NCBI GenBank assembly: GCA_963934015.1
Contig: CAWVWT010000002.1
Span: forward strand, 11,657-75,656
DNA: 64,000 nt
Reading direction: 5' to 3'
DNA from: an uncultured Candidatus Poseidoniales archaeon
GTDB taxonomy: Archaea; Thermoplasmatota; Poseidoniia; Poseidoniales; Thalassarchaeaceae
Both the position numbers and the translations under genes were made by a program. Position 1 is the stretch's first letter; the number at the start of each line of letters is the position of its first letter. Positions 17,661-26,610 of the stretch are shown here, in pieces. The notes under the pieces are model-generated. The model was not told the DNA's origin. It worked only from the letters and a program-made list of their open reading frames with translations, and ran no database searches.

Positions 17661-20444
17661 ATGGTCATGACTAACAAATTGGCGAGCGTTCTTCTGCTGA
17701 CCATTCTGTTGTTCTGTTTATTGCCCCCCGTCGAAGCATCGGAAGAAACGGCAGCAGTCCCTCAGTTTGGGATTGGTTTCGATGAAGTAGTGATTGCAGA
17801 CTCGTCCGACGCGCTTTCCGACCCCCGGGACCTTGAGTTCCACCCTGGTCGAGCGAACGAACTTTGGATTGCAAATCGGGCCACTGATAGCATTACCATT
17901 GTACAAAATACTGGGCTCGAATCCCAAACATCACAAAACCGGCAAGATTCTAATAAAAACCACTTCCTTGAAGAAGTAAGTGCGATTGCATTTGGGTCAT
18001 ATCATTCAGAGTTTGATTGGCAATGGGGGTCCGCTCAAGAAACGCGGAACACATTCTGTGGCCAAGGTGCTCCGAACAATTTCATGGGGCCTACACTCTG
18101 GCCATCTTCTTTGAGCCATTTTGCAATGGAAAATCAGAACAACGGAAACGGTCTTCTCGGTAGCCACATCGATATGAACCATGAATCTCCTGATGGAATG
18201 GGCATTGCTCATGATTCGGGTAATGCATATTGGTACAATGACGGCTACTATGGTGAACTGGTCTACTACGACTTCCAAATTGACCATGACACTGGCGAGG
18301 ATGACCACTCAGATGGTATTGTTCGCCGCTACACGGACATCCAGCTCACCCGGGCTATCGGAATCCCCGGCCACATGGTTCTCGACAAGGACTCCGGGAT
18401 TCTCTACATCGCAGACGCAGGAGCGAACCGAGTATTGTGGGTCAATACCGACGATACAACCTACAACACTCAGAATATCATGGGTGATTCATCTAGGATG
18501 GAGCCCTTGGCCGAGTACTCCAGCATCACGGGGGTCGAGTGGGGTGTTCTCTCCTCTGGGTTGAGCCGACCTTCTGGAATCGCAATTGATGGTGACCGAC
18601 TATTTGTCTCCCTTAACGGCAATGATCGTATCGTGGCGTATGATTTGTCGACAGATGGTAAAAGTGCGACAGAGGCAGCCAGCGTTCAGACTTCAGCCGT
18701 ATCCATCATGGGTCTTGAGATTGGACCTGATGGGCACCTATACTACGTGGACAATGGCCGAGATCAAGTTATCCGAATGGATCCATACAACGACGGAGAC
18801 GGTGATGGGGTGAAGGATGAGGATGACAACTGTCCTTCGATACCGAACTATGATCAGGCGAATCACGATGGTGACAACGTGGGTGATGTTTGTGATGAAG
18901 ATGATGACGATGATGGTATTCTCGACTTGTTTGACGACTGTGCATTTGGCGATATTGCCTGGATTTCGTCTCTAGCAACGGATCACGATACGGACGGTTG
19001 TGCTGACGTTTCCGAGGATTCCGATGATGATAATGATGGTGTGTCTGATATCGATGACCGCTGCGCTAAGGGCGACCTTACTTGGATATCAACATCGCTC
19101 ACCGACTACGATTTTGATGGATGCAGGGACGCGGGCGAGGATTTCGATGATGACAATGACCTCATCTGCGATGCCGATGGCTGGGATGGGGTTTGCACTC
19201 CATCATCAGCTGGAATCGATCTATGCCCGACAAGTCCCCACTCCTTCTTCTCTATCCCATCCAACGATGCAGATCGAGATGGTTGCGAGGACGCTGGTGA
19301 AGACAGTGACGACGATAACGACGGTTTTGCAGATTCTACCGACGATTGCCCAACGATTTCCGGAACAAGTAATTCGGGCACTCTAATCGGTTGCACGGAT
19401 TGGGATGGGGATGGTTATGCTGACACAGTCGATGTATTCCCGGTGGAACCAACCCAGTGGTCTGATACGGATGGGGATGGCTTTGGTGATGAGGACGAGG
19501 GCCATCTAGGTGACCATTGTTCAGATGTCGGCGGCACTTCCACCGAAGACCGTCGCGGCTGCCCGGATTCTGATGGCGACGGGTGGTCCGACCCGAGCAT
19601 CCCATTCTGGACGACTTCGTCTGGCGCGGACGCCCTCCCGACGGATCATACCCAGCACCTCGATCGCGACGAGGACGGCTACGGTGATGCTGAGACGGGG
19701 TACCAACCCGATGCCTGCCCTGATGTTGCAGGCACCTCGACTGCGGATGTGTTCGGCTGTTTGGACTCCGATGGTGATGGATGGTCCGATGTAGGCGATG
19801 CACTCCCTGATAATCCGACCCAGCATGTTGACAACGACATGGACGGATACGGGGAATCTCCCACTGGTGATTTCCCAGATGGCTGCCCTGGACTTTTCGG
19901 CCTCTCAACCGAGCAACGCCTCGGTTGCCCTGACGCAGATGGCGATGGCTGGGACGACGGCCTCGATGCCTTCGCATTTGACTCACGCTTTTGGTCAGAT
20001 AGTGATGGCGATGGGCACCCCGATCAACTCGGCACAAATATGTCGGACGATTGTCTTGAAGAAGCTGGCGAGTCCTTCGAAGATCGTATTGGTTGCCCGG
20101 ATTCGGACAAGGACGGTTGGTCTGATGACGCTGATGCCTTCCCCATGGATGCTTCGCGTCATCTTGTCGTAACTGGGCCTTCATTACTACTGATATTGGG
20201 TACCGTCGGTGTGATTCTCGTTGGTTCGATCCTCGGCATGCTAGTCGTAATTATCCGCCGGCGAAATTCGAATCCAACGACCACTTTACTCAATCCCGTG
20301 ACACCGGCGGCTATCGCCCCCCCTGTGCTGGCTGTATCCCCCGTTGCCCCGACAGCACTCCCTCTGCCGCCAGAGGGTTTACCACCTGGTTGGACAATGG
20401 ATCAGTGGGCATGGTATGGAGAGGATTACCTCAGAAATCGCTAA
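17661..20444 (+). CDS. Surface protein: NHL-like beta-propeller + TSP3-like repeats + TM + Trp-rich tail
   Basis: Signal peptide; PRDLEF, PDGMGIA, LYIADAG, RPSGIAI blades; many DxDGDGxxD repeats; C-terminal TM followed by RRR. Confidence 0.85.
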   Translation: MVMTNKLASVLLLTILLFCLLPPVEASEETAAVPQFGIGFDEVVIADSSDALSDPRDLEFHPGRANELWIANRATDSITIVQNTGLESQTSQNRQDSNKNHFLEEVSAIAFGSYHSEFDWQWGSAQETRNTFCGQGAPNNFMGPTLWPSSLSHFAMENQNNGNGLLGSHIDMNHESPDGMGIAHDSGNAYWYNDGYYGELVYYDFQIDHDTGEDDHSDGIVRRYTDIQLTRAIGIPGHMVLDKDSGILYIADAGANRVLWVNTDDTTYNTQNIMGDSSRMEPLAEYSSITGVEWGVLSSGLSRPSGIAIDGDRLFVSLNGNDRIVAYDLSTDGKSATEAASVQTSAVSIMGLEIGPDGHLYYVDNGRDQVIRMDPYNDGDGDGVKDEDDNCPSIPNYDQANHDGDNVGDVCDEDDDDDGILDLFDDCAFGDIAWISSLATDHDTDGCADVSEDSDDDNDGVSDIDDRCAKGDLTWISTSLTDYDFDGCRDAGEDFDDDNDLICDADGWDGVCTPSSAGIDLCPTSPHSFFSIPSNDADRDGCEDAGEDSDDDNDGFADSTDDCPTISGTSNSGTLIGCTDWDGDGYADTVDVFPVEPTQWSDTDGDGFGDEDEGHLGDHCSDVGGTSTEDRRGCPDSDGDGWSDPSIPFWTTSSGADALPTDHTQHLDRDEDGYGDAETGYQPDACPDVAGTSTADVFGCLDSDGDGWSDVGDALPDNPTQHVDNDMDGYGESPTGDFPDGCPGLFGLSTEQRLGCPDADGDGWDDGLDAFAFDSRFWSDSDGDGHPDQLGTNMSDDCLEEAGESFEDRIGCPDSDKDGWSDDADAFPMDASRHLVVTGPSLLLILGTVGVILVGSILGMLVVIIRRRNSNPTTTLLNPVTPAAIAPPVLAVSPVAPTALPLPPEGLPPGWTMDQWAWYGEDYLRNR

Positions 20445-20555
20445 TGCAGTCGTCATAGATTCCTAAAATGGATACACATTCACTTTCAGTTACCCCCCTG
20501 CGCAATGATAGTGGACCCGGCGCGTCCATCTAGGTTGTCGGAAAGAGTTGAAACA

Positions 20556-20972
20556 ATGTCTGTCAGTATGATTGAAAACCAAAGTACGCCAATAATTCGA
20601 AACCCCCACAGTCCCCGCGAAAGCATCCAGCGCCAAGTCGGGATGCAACAGGTCCTGAATCGGCCTAAGATAACCCCGAGTACACGCGTAGAAGATCTGA
20701 TTCCCAATCGTCCTATTGGACGGATTGAATTACTCGTATTGCGCCGGTACCCGCGAAGAACTGTGATGTCTAAGAGGTGGACCGGTTCGATGGCCGTTGC
20801 TTGTGGCCGAGATGAAACTGGATTGGTAGGCCTAGTATTGTGGGGTGATCAAGTCGGTCGAGTTCGGGCTGGTAACATCATCACAATTCAAGGTGGCTGG
20901 TGCCGATATAGTCAAGGACAGAAAATCATATCTACGGGCCGTAAGGGAAGATTAACCATCTTAGAAGCCTGA
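20556..20972 (+). CDS. Single OB-fold protein, RPA/SSB-like
   Basis: DETGLVGLVLWGDQ...GNIITIQGGW...GRKGRL OB-fold signature. Confidence 0.8.
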   Translation: MSVSMIENQSTPIIRNPHSPRESIQRQVGMQQVLNRPKITPSTRVEDLIPNRPIGRIELLVLRRYPRRTVMSKRWTGSMAVACGRDETGLVGLVLWGDQVGRVRAGNIITIQGGWCRYSQGQKIISTGRKGRLTILEA

Positions 20973-21042
20973 TACTCCTCCCGGTGTACTTCGGTCAACC
21001 ATATTAAGGAGAAGTCAGTGGCCGGCTCGCTGAGGGACTCTA

Positions 21043-21210
21043 ATGCAGAAGCGCGCAACTACATGCTCCGCCTCTGGCGTACCGTTGACGGACGCCAAGA
21101 GCACCTCATTCCCTTGCCCAACTTGCGGCGAACCAATTGGTCGTTCCGAGCGATGTAGAAATCAGGCAGTGACCTATATCTGCCCTGGTTGTGGTTTTCA
21201 AGGGCCTTGA
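21043..21210 (+). CDS. Small zinc-finger protein, HVO_2753/DUF1610 family (55 aa, absent from ORF track)
   Basis: Manual translation MQKRATTCSASGVPLTDAKSTSFPCPTCGEPIGRSERCRNQAVTYICPGCGFQGP; this family is typically upstream of aEF-1beta. Confidence 0.9.
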   Translation: MQKRATTCSASGVPLTDAKSTSFPCPTCGEPIGRSERCRNQAVTYICPGCGFQGP

Positions 21211-21225
21211 ATGGAGGATTTTCTT

Positions 21226-21498
21226 ATGGGTGAAGTTGCAGTCAAATACAAGGTCATGTGCGACCCGAATGTCGACAATGCAAATGCAGATGAAATTGCA
21301 GCTGCTATGAGTTCCATGCACAGTGAAGTTGGTGTTGTCCAAATGGTCGAAACTAAACCTCTCGCTTTTGGTCTAAAATTCGTCGAAGCCCACTGTGTAA
21401 TTCAGGAAGGCGATGGCACTGTCGATACCTTTGAAAACGCCATTCGAGGAATTGTCGGTGTTGGCGAAGTCGAAGTTCTAGAAATCGGTCGGCTCTGA
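21226..21498 (+). CDS. ef1b: Translation elongation factor aEF-1beta
   Basis: MGEVAVKYKVM...KPLAFGLK...VGEVEV; GGAGG upstream of ATG. Confidence 0.93.
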   Translation: MGEVAVKYKVMCDPNVDNANADEIAAAMSSMHSEVGVVQMVETKPLAFGLKFVEAHCVIQEGDGTVDTFENAIRGIVGVGEVEVLEIGRL

Positions 21499-21504
21499 AT
21501 TGCC

Positions 21505-22902
21505 TCAATACTGAGTCAATGGAGCCCGCATAAATTCACGCATCAGAATTGTTGCGTATGTTCCACTGGGTAAAGAGAAACGCAAACGTAAACTGCACCC
21601 CTCTGGATGCCAAACTTCCCCTTCCCGTGGGCCTTCTGCGAAGCGGTTCCCCAAGCCCTCTAATTCAACATCGCCTGCTTCCTCAACGCTAAACTCACTG
21701 AATGAAATTGTCAATGCGCGTCTGCTTCCCTTTGATGTTAACCTTGGAATGCCTGAAACCTGCCAATCCTCATTGGTGAGATTCATTTCCGCAAGTACCT
21801 GTTTCTCGATTTCTCCCGGCTGTGAATTTGAGTATTCACTTTCTCCACCGGGTAGTGCTGCTGTTACTGCCAAACGGCCTTGTTTGCAATTTCGTGTAAT
21901 TCGTGGTAAAATTTCTGAATCGACTTCAACTAACTTTGCCATATCTATTTTTCCATTGTCTTTGATCAATCCTACAACATCCCCCTCAATGGGCTCTGAT
22001 AGTGTCAATCCTGCTTGTAATCTTGCAGCGATAATTCGATTGAATGCTTCTGATTGAAGACTATGCACCATCATCAATTGCAAATTGTTAGGGAGTTTAC
22101 GAAATGCTCCAACCCAATCCTCAGGTTTTCTGGACAAATGTCGTAAAATATCACGTTCGAATCCAAGATGCTTTGGGATTACTTCTAGGCACTTCTCCAC
22201 ATCAGAAGTATCCCTCCACATTTTTCGAAACGTGTCCACTTCTGATTGCTGATATATCCCCGCCATCCCTAGATATGCATCAACTGCACCCTTCCAATCA
22301 TCGGTGATAACTGCGCGACCAACCACTGGTGTCACTGGACGCGTAGCACCAAACCGCTGTGGTCCAATCCAATTCGGGAATTTCCCACAACCCAACCTCG
22401 ATTCCATATTTTCGAAAATGGAATTGACTCTGGCAATCGCATCTTTAGCCTCCAGTGGGGTCCCATCAGAATTTGCACATCCTCGGACTGTAATTGTGAA
22501 CCGATTGGCACTGTGATCACCAAATCCAAGTTTCTGGTGACTCCGGCCCAATATTTCTATGTCAACATCAGGCATATCGATTGCGGCGACTTTGTTTTGT
22601 GGGGCATCGATGACCAGTAGTTGTGTCGTAATCGCACGCTTATCCTTCGTTCCACTAAACCAAATTCTATTCTTTGACATACCTAAATTCCTAGCTAATT
22701 TACCGACAAATCGATTTGTTTCCCAATTGGTCAAAGTTACCCTGACAACCGTAAATCGACCCTTTCCCTCAAGAGCGGGAGTTCGCCCTACTTCCTCTAC
22801 TCGAAAATCTTCAAATCTGGACTTGAGCAACCCCCCAATCCCATCGCCACTACAGGAATAACCAGTCAACCCACAGGCTGCCGCGATGCTCGCGGGTGTC
22901 AT
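21505..22902 (-). CDS. truD: tRNA pseudouridine(13) synthase TruD/Pus7
   Basis: EDFRVEE, GTKDKRAITTQ, NRFTI, GPQRFG, FSLPSGTYAT. Confidence 0.95.
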   Translation of the reverse strand: MTPASIAAACGLTGYSCSGDGIGGLLKSRFEDFRVEEVGRTPALEGKGRFTVVRVTLTNWETNRFVGKLARNLGMSKNRIWFSGTKDKRAITTQLLVIDAPQNKVAAIDMPDVDIEILGRSHQKLGFGDHSANRFTITVRGCANSDGTPLEAKDAIARVNSIFENMESRLGCGKFPNWIGPQRFGATRPVTPVVGRAVITDDWKGAVDAYLGMAGIYQQSEVDTFRKMWRDTSDVEKCLEVIPKHLGFERDILRHLSRKPEDWVGAFRKLPNNLQLMMVHSLQSEAFNRIIAARLQAGLTLSEPIEGDVVGLIKDNGKIDMAKLVEVDSEILPRITRNCKQGRLAVTAALPGGESEYSNSQPGEIEKQVLAEMNLTNEDWQVSGIPRLTSKGSRRALTISFSEFSVEEAGDVELEGLGNRFAEGPREGEVWHPEGCSLRLRFSLPSGTYATILMREFMRAPLTQY

Positions 22903-22912
22903 TCAAATCCCT

Positions 22913-23173
22913 TCAGGGTAGTGTTAAGCCATCGAATTCCTTTGCGATGTCCTTGCAAAGTCCTTTCAAAACTTTCGCAGGCTTCTTACCTTTTTTACAC
23001 CTGAGATAAAACTCAGGTTCATCCAATTCGGGATGCCCTACGAAATAGTTTGCATACTCTACATCGTTGCTATCATTCAGTCGTGATCGGAATAACTGCA
23101 GAGCGGTATGACTCTCTTCTGTGATACGGATGCGCAGTTCGCTCCCCTCATTCAATAGTACCTTAATCGCCAT
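22913..23173 (-). CDS. rpoL: DNA-directed RNA polymerase subunit Rpo11 (L)
   Basis: EESHT...VEYANYFVGHPE. Confidence 0.85.
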   Translation of the reverse strand: MAIKVLLNEGSELRIRITEESHTALQLFRSRLNDSNDVEYANYFVGHPELDEPEFYLRCKKGKKPAKVLKGLCKDIAKEFDGLTLP

Positions 23174-23320
23174 GTTGACCAGCCCGCCGACCCAGCCCAC
23201 CCTTTTGAGCCTTGTTTAAGCAACCACCCACTGTGTGGGCGTGAATATGAGCGAGTGAATATCATTCCAGTGAGCATTTGCCGCCTTCTTGCTTATCAAT
23301 TGAATTATGCTCGCCACCCC

Positions 23321-25915
23321 ATGGGTGGTGTGGAATCAACCGAACACACCCTCGTTTCTGGGGACACTTTTGAGAGGGCATCCGTCCCGATTCTTGTCTG
23401 TTCCCTTATTTTGACAATTGCTTTGGGCGCGCAATTATTCCCTATGCCGGTATTCGATACCGATTTGTCATCCTTCACGCCAGAAACTTCGGCTGAGCAA
23501 GCAGAAAATCGTATGGACGTGTATTTTCCTGCTGAAAGCCGCCCATTGTTCATCCATGTGACAACTGATGATGACACCAATGTATTGAGTATGGAGAATT
23601 TACATTTACAACAACTCGCTTTGGATGAAGTCATGAATCGTTCACATTCATCCAACGATTACATTGAGTCAGTCATCGCTGCACCTCAGGTTATCCAATA
23701 TGCAATTGATGAATCGGATGCTGAAAATACAACATTGAACGATTACACCACTTGGTCCTCATTGCTCGATGCTGTTCTCGATCAAGGTACGAAATGCCAA
23801 GACGCCCTTGGTGATGACCGGGCGCTTGCAGCCGGGGCATTCATCCAGGACAGTTTGATCCATCAGGACTTAGATTACTCCGCAACTTGTGATTACCTGT
23901 CTACAATGTCCACCGATCCATCCAATGCCACTGGAAATGCAACCCCATCAGCATCAAGTACGCTTTGGGTCATCATGATTGACCCTGAACTGGACGACAC
24001 AGCGCGTCAGGTTCAACAAGATTTCATCAGAACTCAACTCAATGATTTTTCAAGCAACACAGATCTACATTTTCATTCCACAAGTCTTGATTTGATGAGC
24101 CACGACATCAACAAGAGCACAATCAGTGAATTGGTGATGCTGATGTCAGGAGCGGTCTGTATCGTTGTCTTGCTACTCGCCCTCGCTTTCCGCTCTGTAC
24201 GTGGTGTTGCCTTCCCATTGGTTGGTCTTTCTGCTGCCCTTGTGTGGACCTATGGGGGTATGGCGCTGGCTGGTATTCAATTTTCGATACTTGAAGTTGC
24301 TGTTGCCCCAGTGGTTCTTGGACTTGGAATCGATTACAGTATCCATCTGCAGCGGCGTTACAATACCTTCCGCGCTGAAGGGGAGCCGGCTAGTTTAGCC
24401 TGGCTCAAGGGTTTTGAAACTCTAAAGGTCGCATTGACTTTGGCAGTTATCACAACGATGGCTGCCTTCGTGGCGAATATCGCGTCCCCACTTCCACCAT
24501 TGCGCAATTTCGGCTTCAGCCTCGCCTTTGGTGTATTTTGTGCTTTCATCTCATCGACACTTTTGGTTGGTGCCTTACACGTTGTGATGGAGAGAGAATC
24601 TGCCGCATATGCAAAACATGCTGAGTGGATGCGATTTGGTAATTTCAGCCAATACATGGTTGGCTTCCAGAAGCTGCATCAAGCAAAAGTCATCGGTATC
24701 GTTGCCCTGTTAACGATTGGGTCAGTGATTTTCGCTGCTGCTAAACTGGAAACTGAATTTGATCTAACAGATTTCCTCAACGAGGATATGGATGTTATGG
24801 AGGGCCGTGATGAGCTCTATTCCTCATACGATGCTGCAGGCTGGAAGCCAATTTACATCCTGATTGAACCGAGTGATGATTCAACATCAGTCGCTGACGA
24901 ATCTTCATTCTTGGTTGCACATCGCTTGTTGGACAATTGGCTTGAATCTACCAAAGGAGTTGTTTCTCCGCATTCAACAGGTGGGAATATTCACCCAGCC
25001 TATGATGGCCCTTACCCCATCTTGCTTGAAGCAGTCGAAGGAGATCCGAGTTTTGGTGCGACATACAATTTGGCCATAGACGGTGAATTGGAAACAACTG
25101 AAGGATACGCAGGAGGTGATATAGCCGCCGCGTTGAAATCACTCAGCACAAATACCTCAGTCGCTGACCCGTTGACTGGTGAAAGTTGGTCCGAACGTGT
25201 GAGCAAAGTGGTTGCATTCAACACAGATGACAATAGTATCCGATACATTCGCATGGAAGTTCTCATAGAAGTCAAGACAAGTAGTGAGAGTTCTGCTGTA
25301 CTATCTGCACTTCGAAACACAATTGAGTCCTTTGCTGAGTTACCTGGTTTAGATGGAGCAAACGTCCACATTACAGGTGACAGTGTTAGCCTTGAAGCCG
25401 TTCTAGATGGCCTCACCGAATCTCAGTTACAATCGACTCTCATCAGTTTGGCTGTTTGTTTCACAGTATTGTTGGCACTTACACGAAGAATTGGTACCGC
25501 ACTCATCATTGTATTGCCTGTTGGAATTGCAGCGACTTGGGTCGTTGGAGCCATGGCGGTACTAAATCTCAATTGGAACGTTATGACCGTCATGGTCACC
25601 GCATTGACAATCGGTTTGGGAATTGACTACTCTATACACGTTTGGCGGCGCTTTGAAGCGATGAAAATTCAGGAAGGAAATGTTTGGGATGGTGTGAAAG
25701 AGATGTATGCCTCAACTGGCGTCGCTCTACTTTTATCGGCAGGGACAACAATTTGTGGGTTCACAACCCTGCTCTTCTCACAGATGCCGGTAGTCCAAGA
25801 TTTCGGTATTGTAACTGCGATTACAGTTTTCTTCTCATTGATTCTCGCATTGGTATTGCTACCTGTGTTTTTGGTATTGGATTCACAATCAAAAAATGGT
25901 TCATCTCTCAACTAA
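23321..25915 (+). CDS. MMPL/RND superfamily transporter
   Basis: GLGIDYSIH twice; two-fold TM repeat. Confidence 0.9.
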   Translation: MGGVESTEHTLVSGDTFERASVPILVCSLILTIALGAQLFPMPVFDTDLSSFTPETSAEQAENRMDVYFPAESRPLFIHVTTDDDTNVLSMENLHLQQLALDEVMNRSHSSNDYIESVIAAPQVIQYAIDESDAENTTLNDYTTWSSLLDAVLDQGTKCQDALGDDRALAAGAFIQDSLIHQDLDYSATCDYLSTMSTDPSNATGNATPSASSTLWVIMIDPELDDTARQVQQDFIRTQLNDFSSNTDLHFHSTSLDLMSHDINKSTISELVMLMSGAVCIVVLLLALAFRSVRGVAFPLVGLSAALVWTYGGMALAGIQFSILEVAVAPVVLGLGIDYSIHLQRRYNTFRAEGEPASLAWLKGFETLKVALTLAVITTMAAFVANIASPLPPLRNFGFSLAFGVFCAFISSTLLVGALHVVMERESAAYAKHAEWMRFGNFSQYMVGFQKLHQAKVIGIVALLTIGSVIFAAAKLETEFDLTDFLNEDMDVMEGRDELYSSYDAAGWKPIYILIEPSDDSTSVADESSFLVAHRLLDNWLESTKGVVSPHSTGGNIHPAYDGPYPILLEAVEGDPSFGATYNLAIDGELETTEGYAGGDIAAALKSLSTNTSVADPLTGESWSERVSKVVAFNTDDNSIRYIRMEVLIEVKTSSESSAVLSALRNTIESFAELPGLDGANVHITGDSVSLEAVLDGLTESQLQSTLISLAVCFTVLLALTRRIGTALIIVLPVGIAATWVVGAMAVLNLNWNVMTVMVTALTIGLGIDYSIHVWRRFEAMKIQEGNVWDGVKEMYASTGVALLLSAGTTICGFTTLLFSQMPVVQDFGIVTAITVFFSLILALVLLPVFLVLDSQSKNGSSLN

Positions 25916-26481
25916 GACGTAATCGTCCGGATGAATGCCTGCATTGGTAATTGCTGCTCCCGTGCAACTAGCAATAGAGTCATCCACAATGTAACGGGGC
26001 CGAGTGCTCTACGTTTCCTCTGAGCCCGCCGCATGACCTCTTTCCGGTCCAACCCTGAAGCGCTCGCGATTTGGTCCAAGAGAGTAGTAATGCGTGTTGA
26101 TGCTGGATCAATGGGTAGAGATTCTGCGATATTTTCCATAGGGGGTGGAGTGTCTAAAGATTCGGTCACAGTGGTGGTCGGGACCCCCTTGGGAAGGTGA
26201 GGTGGGTTCTCAAGTAATCTCATTGTAGGCAACCATCCAAATGGGACATTTACGGCTAAAATTTCTATTCCGGGCTGCATCCCTTCTGTTGATTCTTCAA
26301 GCCACCCCGTATTGACAAGATTATCGCGAATACGTGTGGCTGTTTCCATGTCAAACCAACCTAAATCAAAGGCCCAAATTCTACAAACAGTCTCTCTGTC
26401 AATCGGTTCACTGTTGTGATTTTTCCATGTTTGCGCCAATAAGATCGCAATATCGGGCGCAATATCCTCCGATGCCACCAT
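25912..26481 (-). CDS. DUF2240 family protein
   Basis: AFDLGWF...GWL...VNVPFGWLP pattern. Confidence 0.7.
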   Translation of the reverse strand: MVASEDIAPDIAILLAQTWKNHNSEPIDRETVCRIWAFDLGWFDMETATRIRDNLVNTGWLEESTEGMQPGIEILAVNVPFGWLPTMRLLENPPHLPKGVPTTTVTESLDTPPPMENIAESLPIDPASTRITTLLDQIASASGLDRKEVMRRAQRKRRALGPVTLWMTLLLVAREQQLPMQAFIRTITS

Positions 26482-26610
26482 GTTATCTTGCTATTCGTAC
26501 CCTCCACGGTTCTTCATCGTCGTGGGCCAAAGGTCATGCACTAGTGACCGCTGCGCGCCCTCAAACCGACGGCTTTGAAGAGGTCGGGGTGTACCCTGTG
26601 TGGTGATTGC

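Noticed and set aside
19336-20184. 282-aa Arg/His-rich minus-strand ORF
   Set aside because: Shadow of the Asp/Gly repeat coding strand
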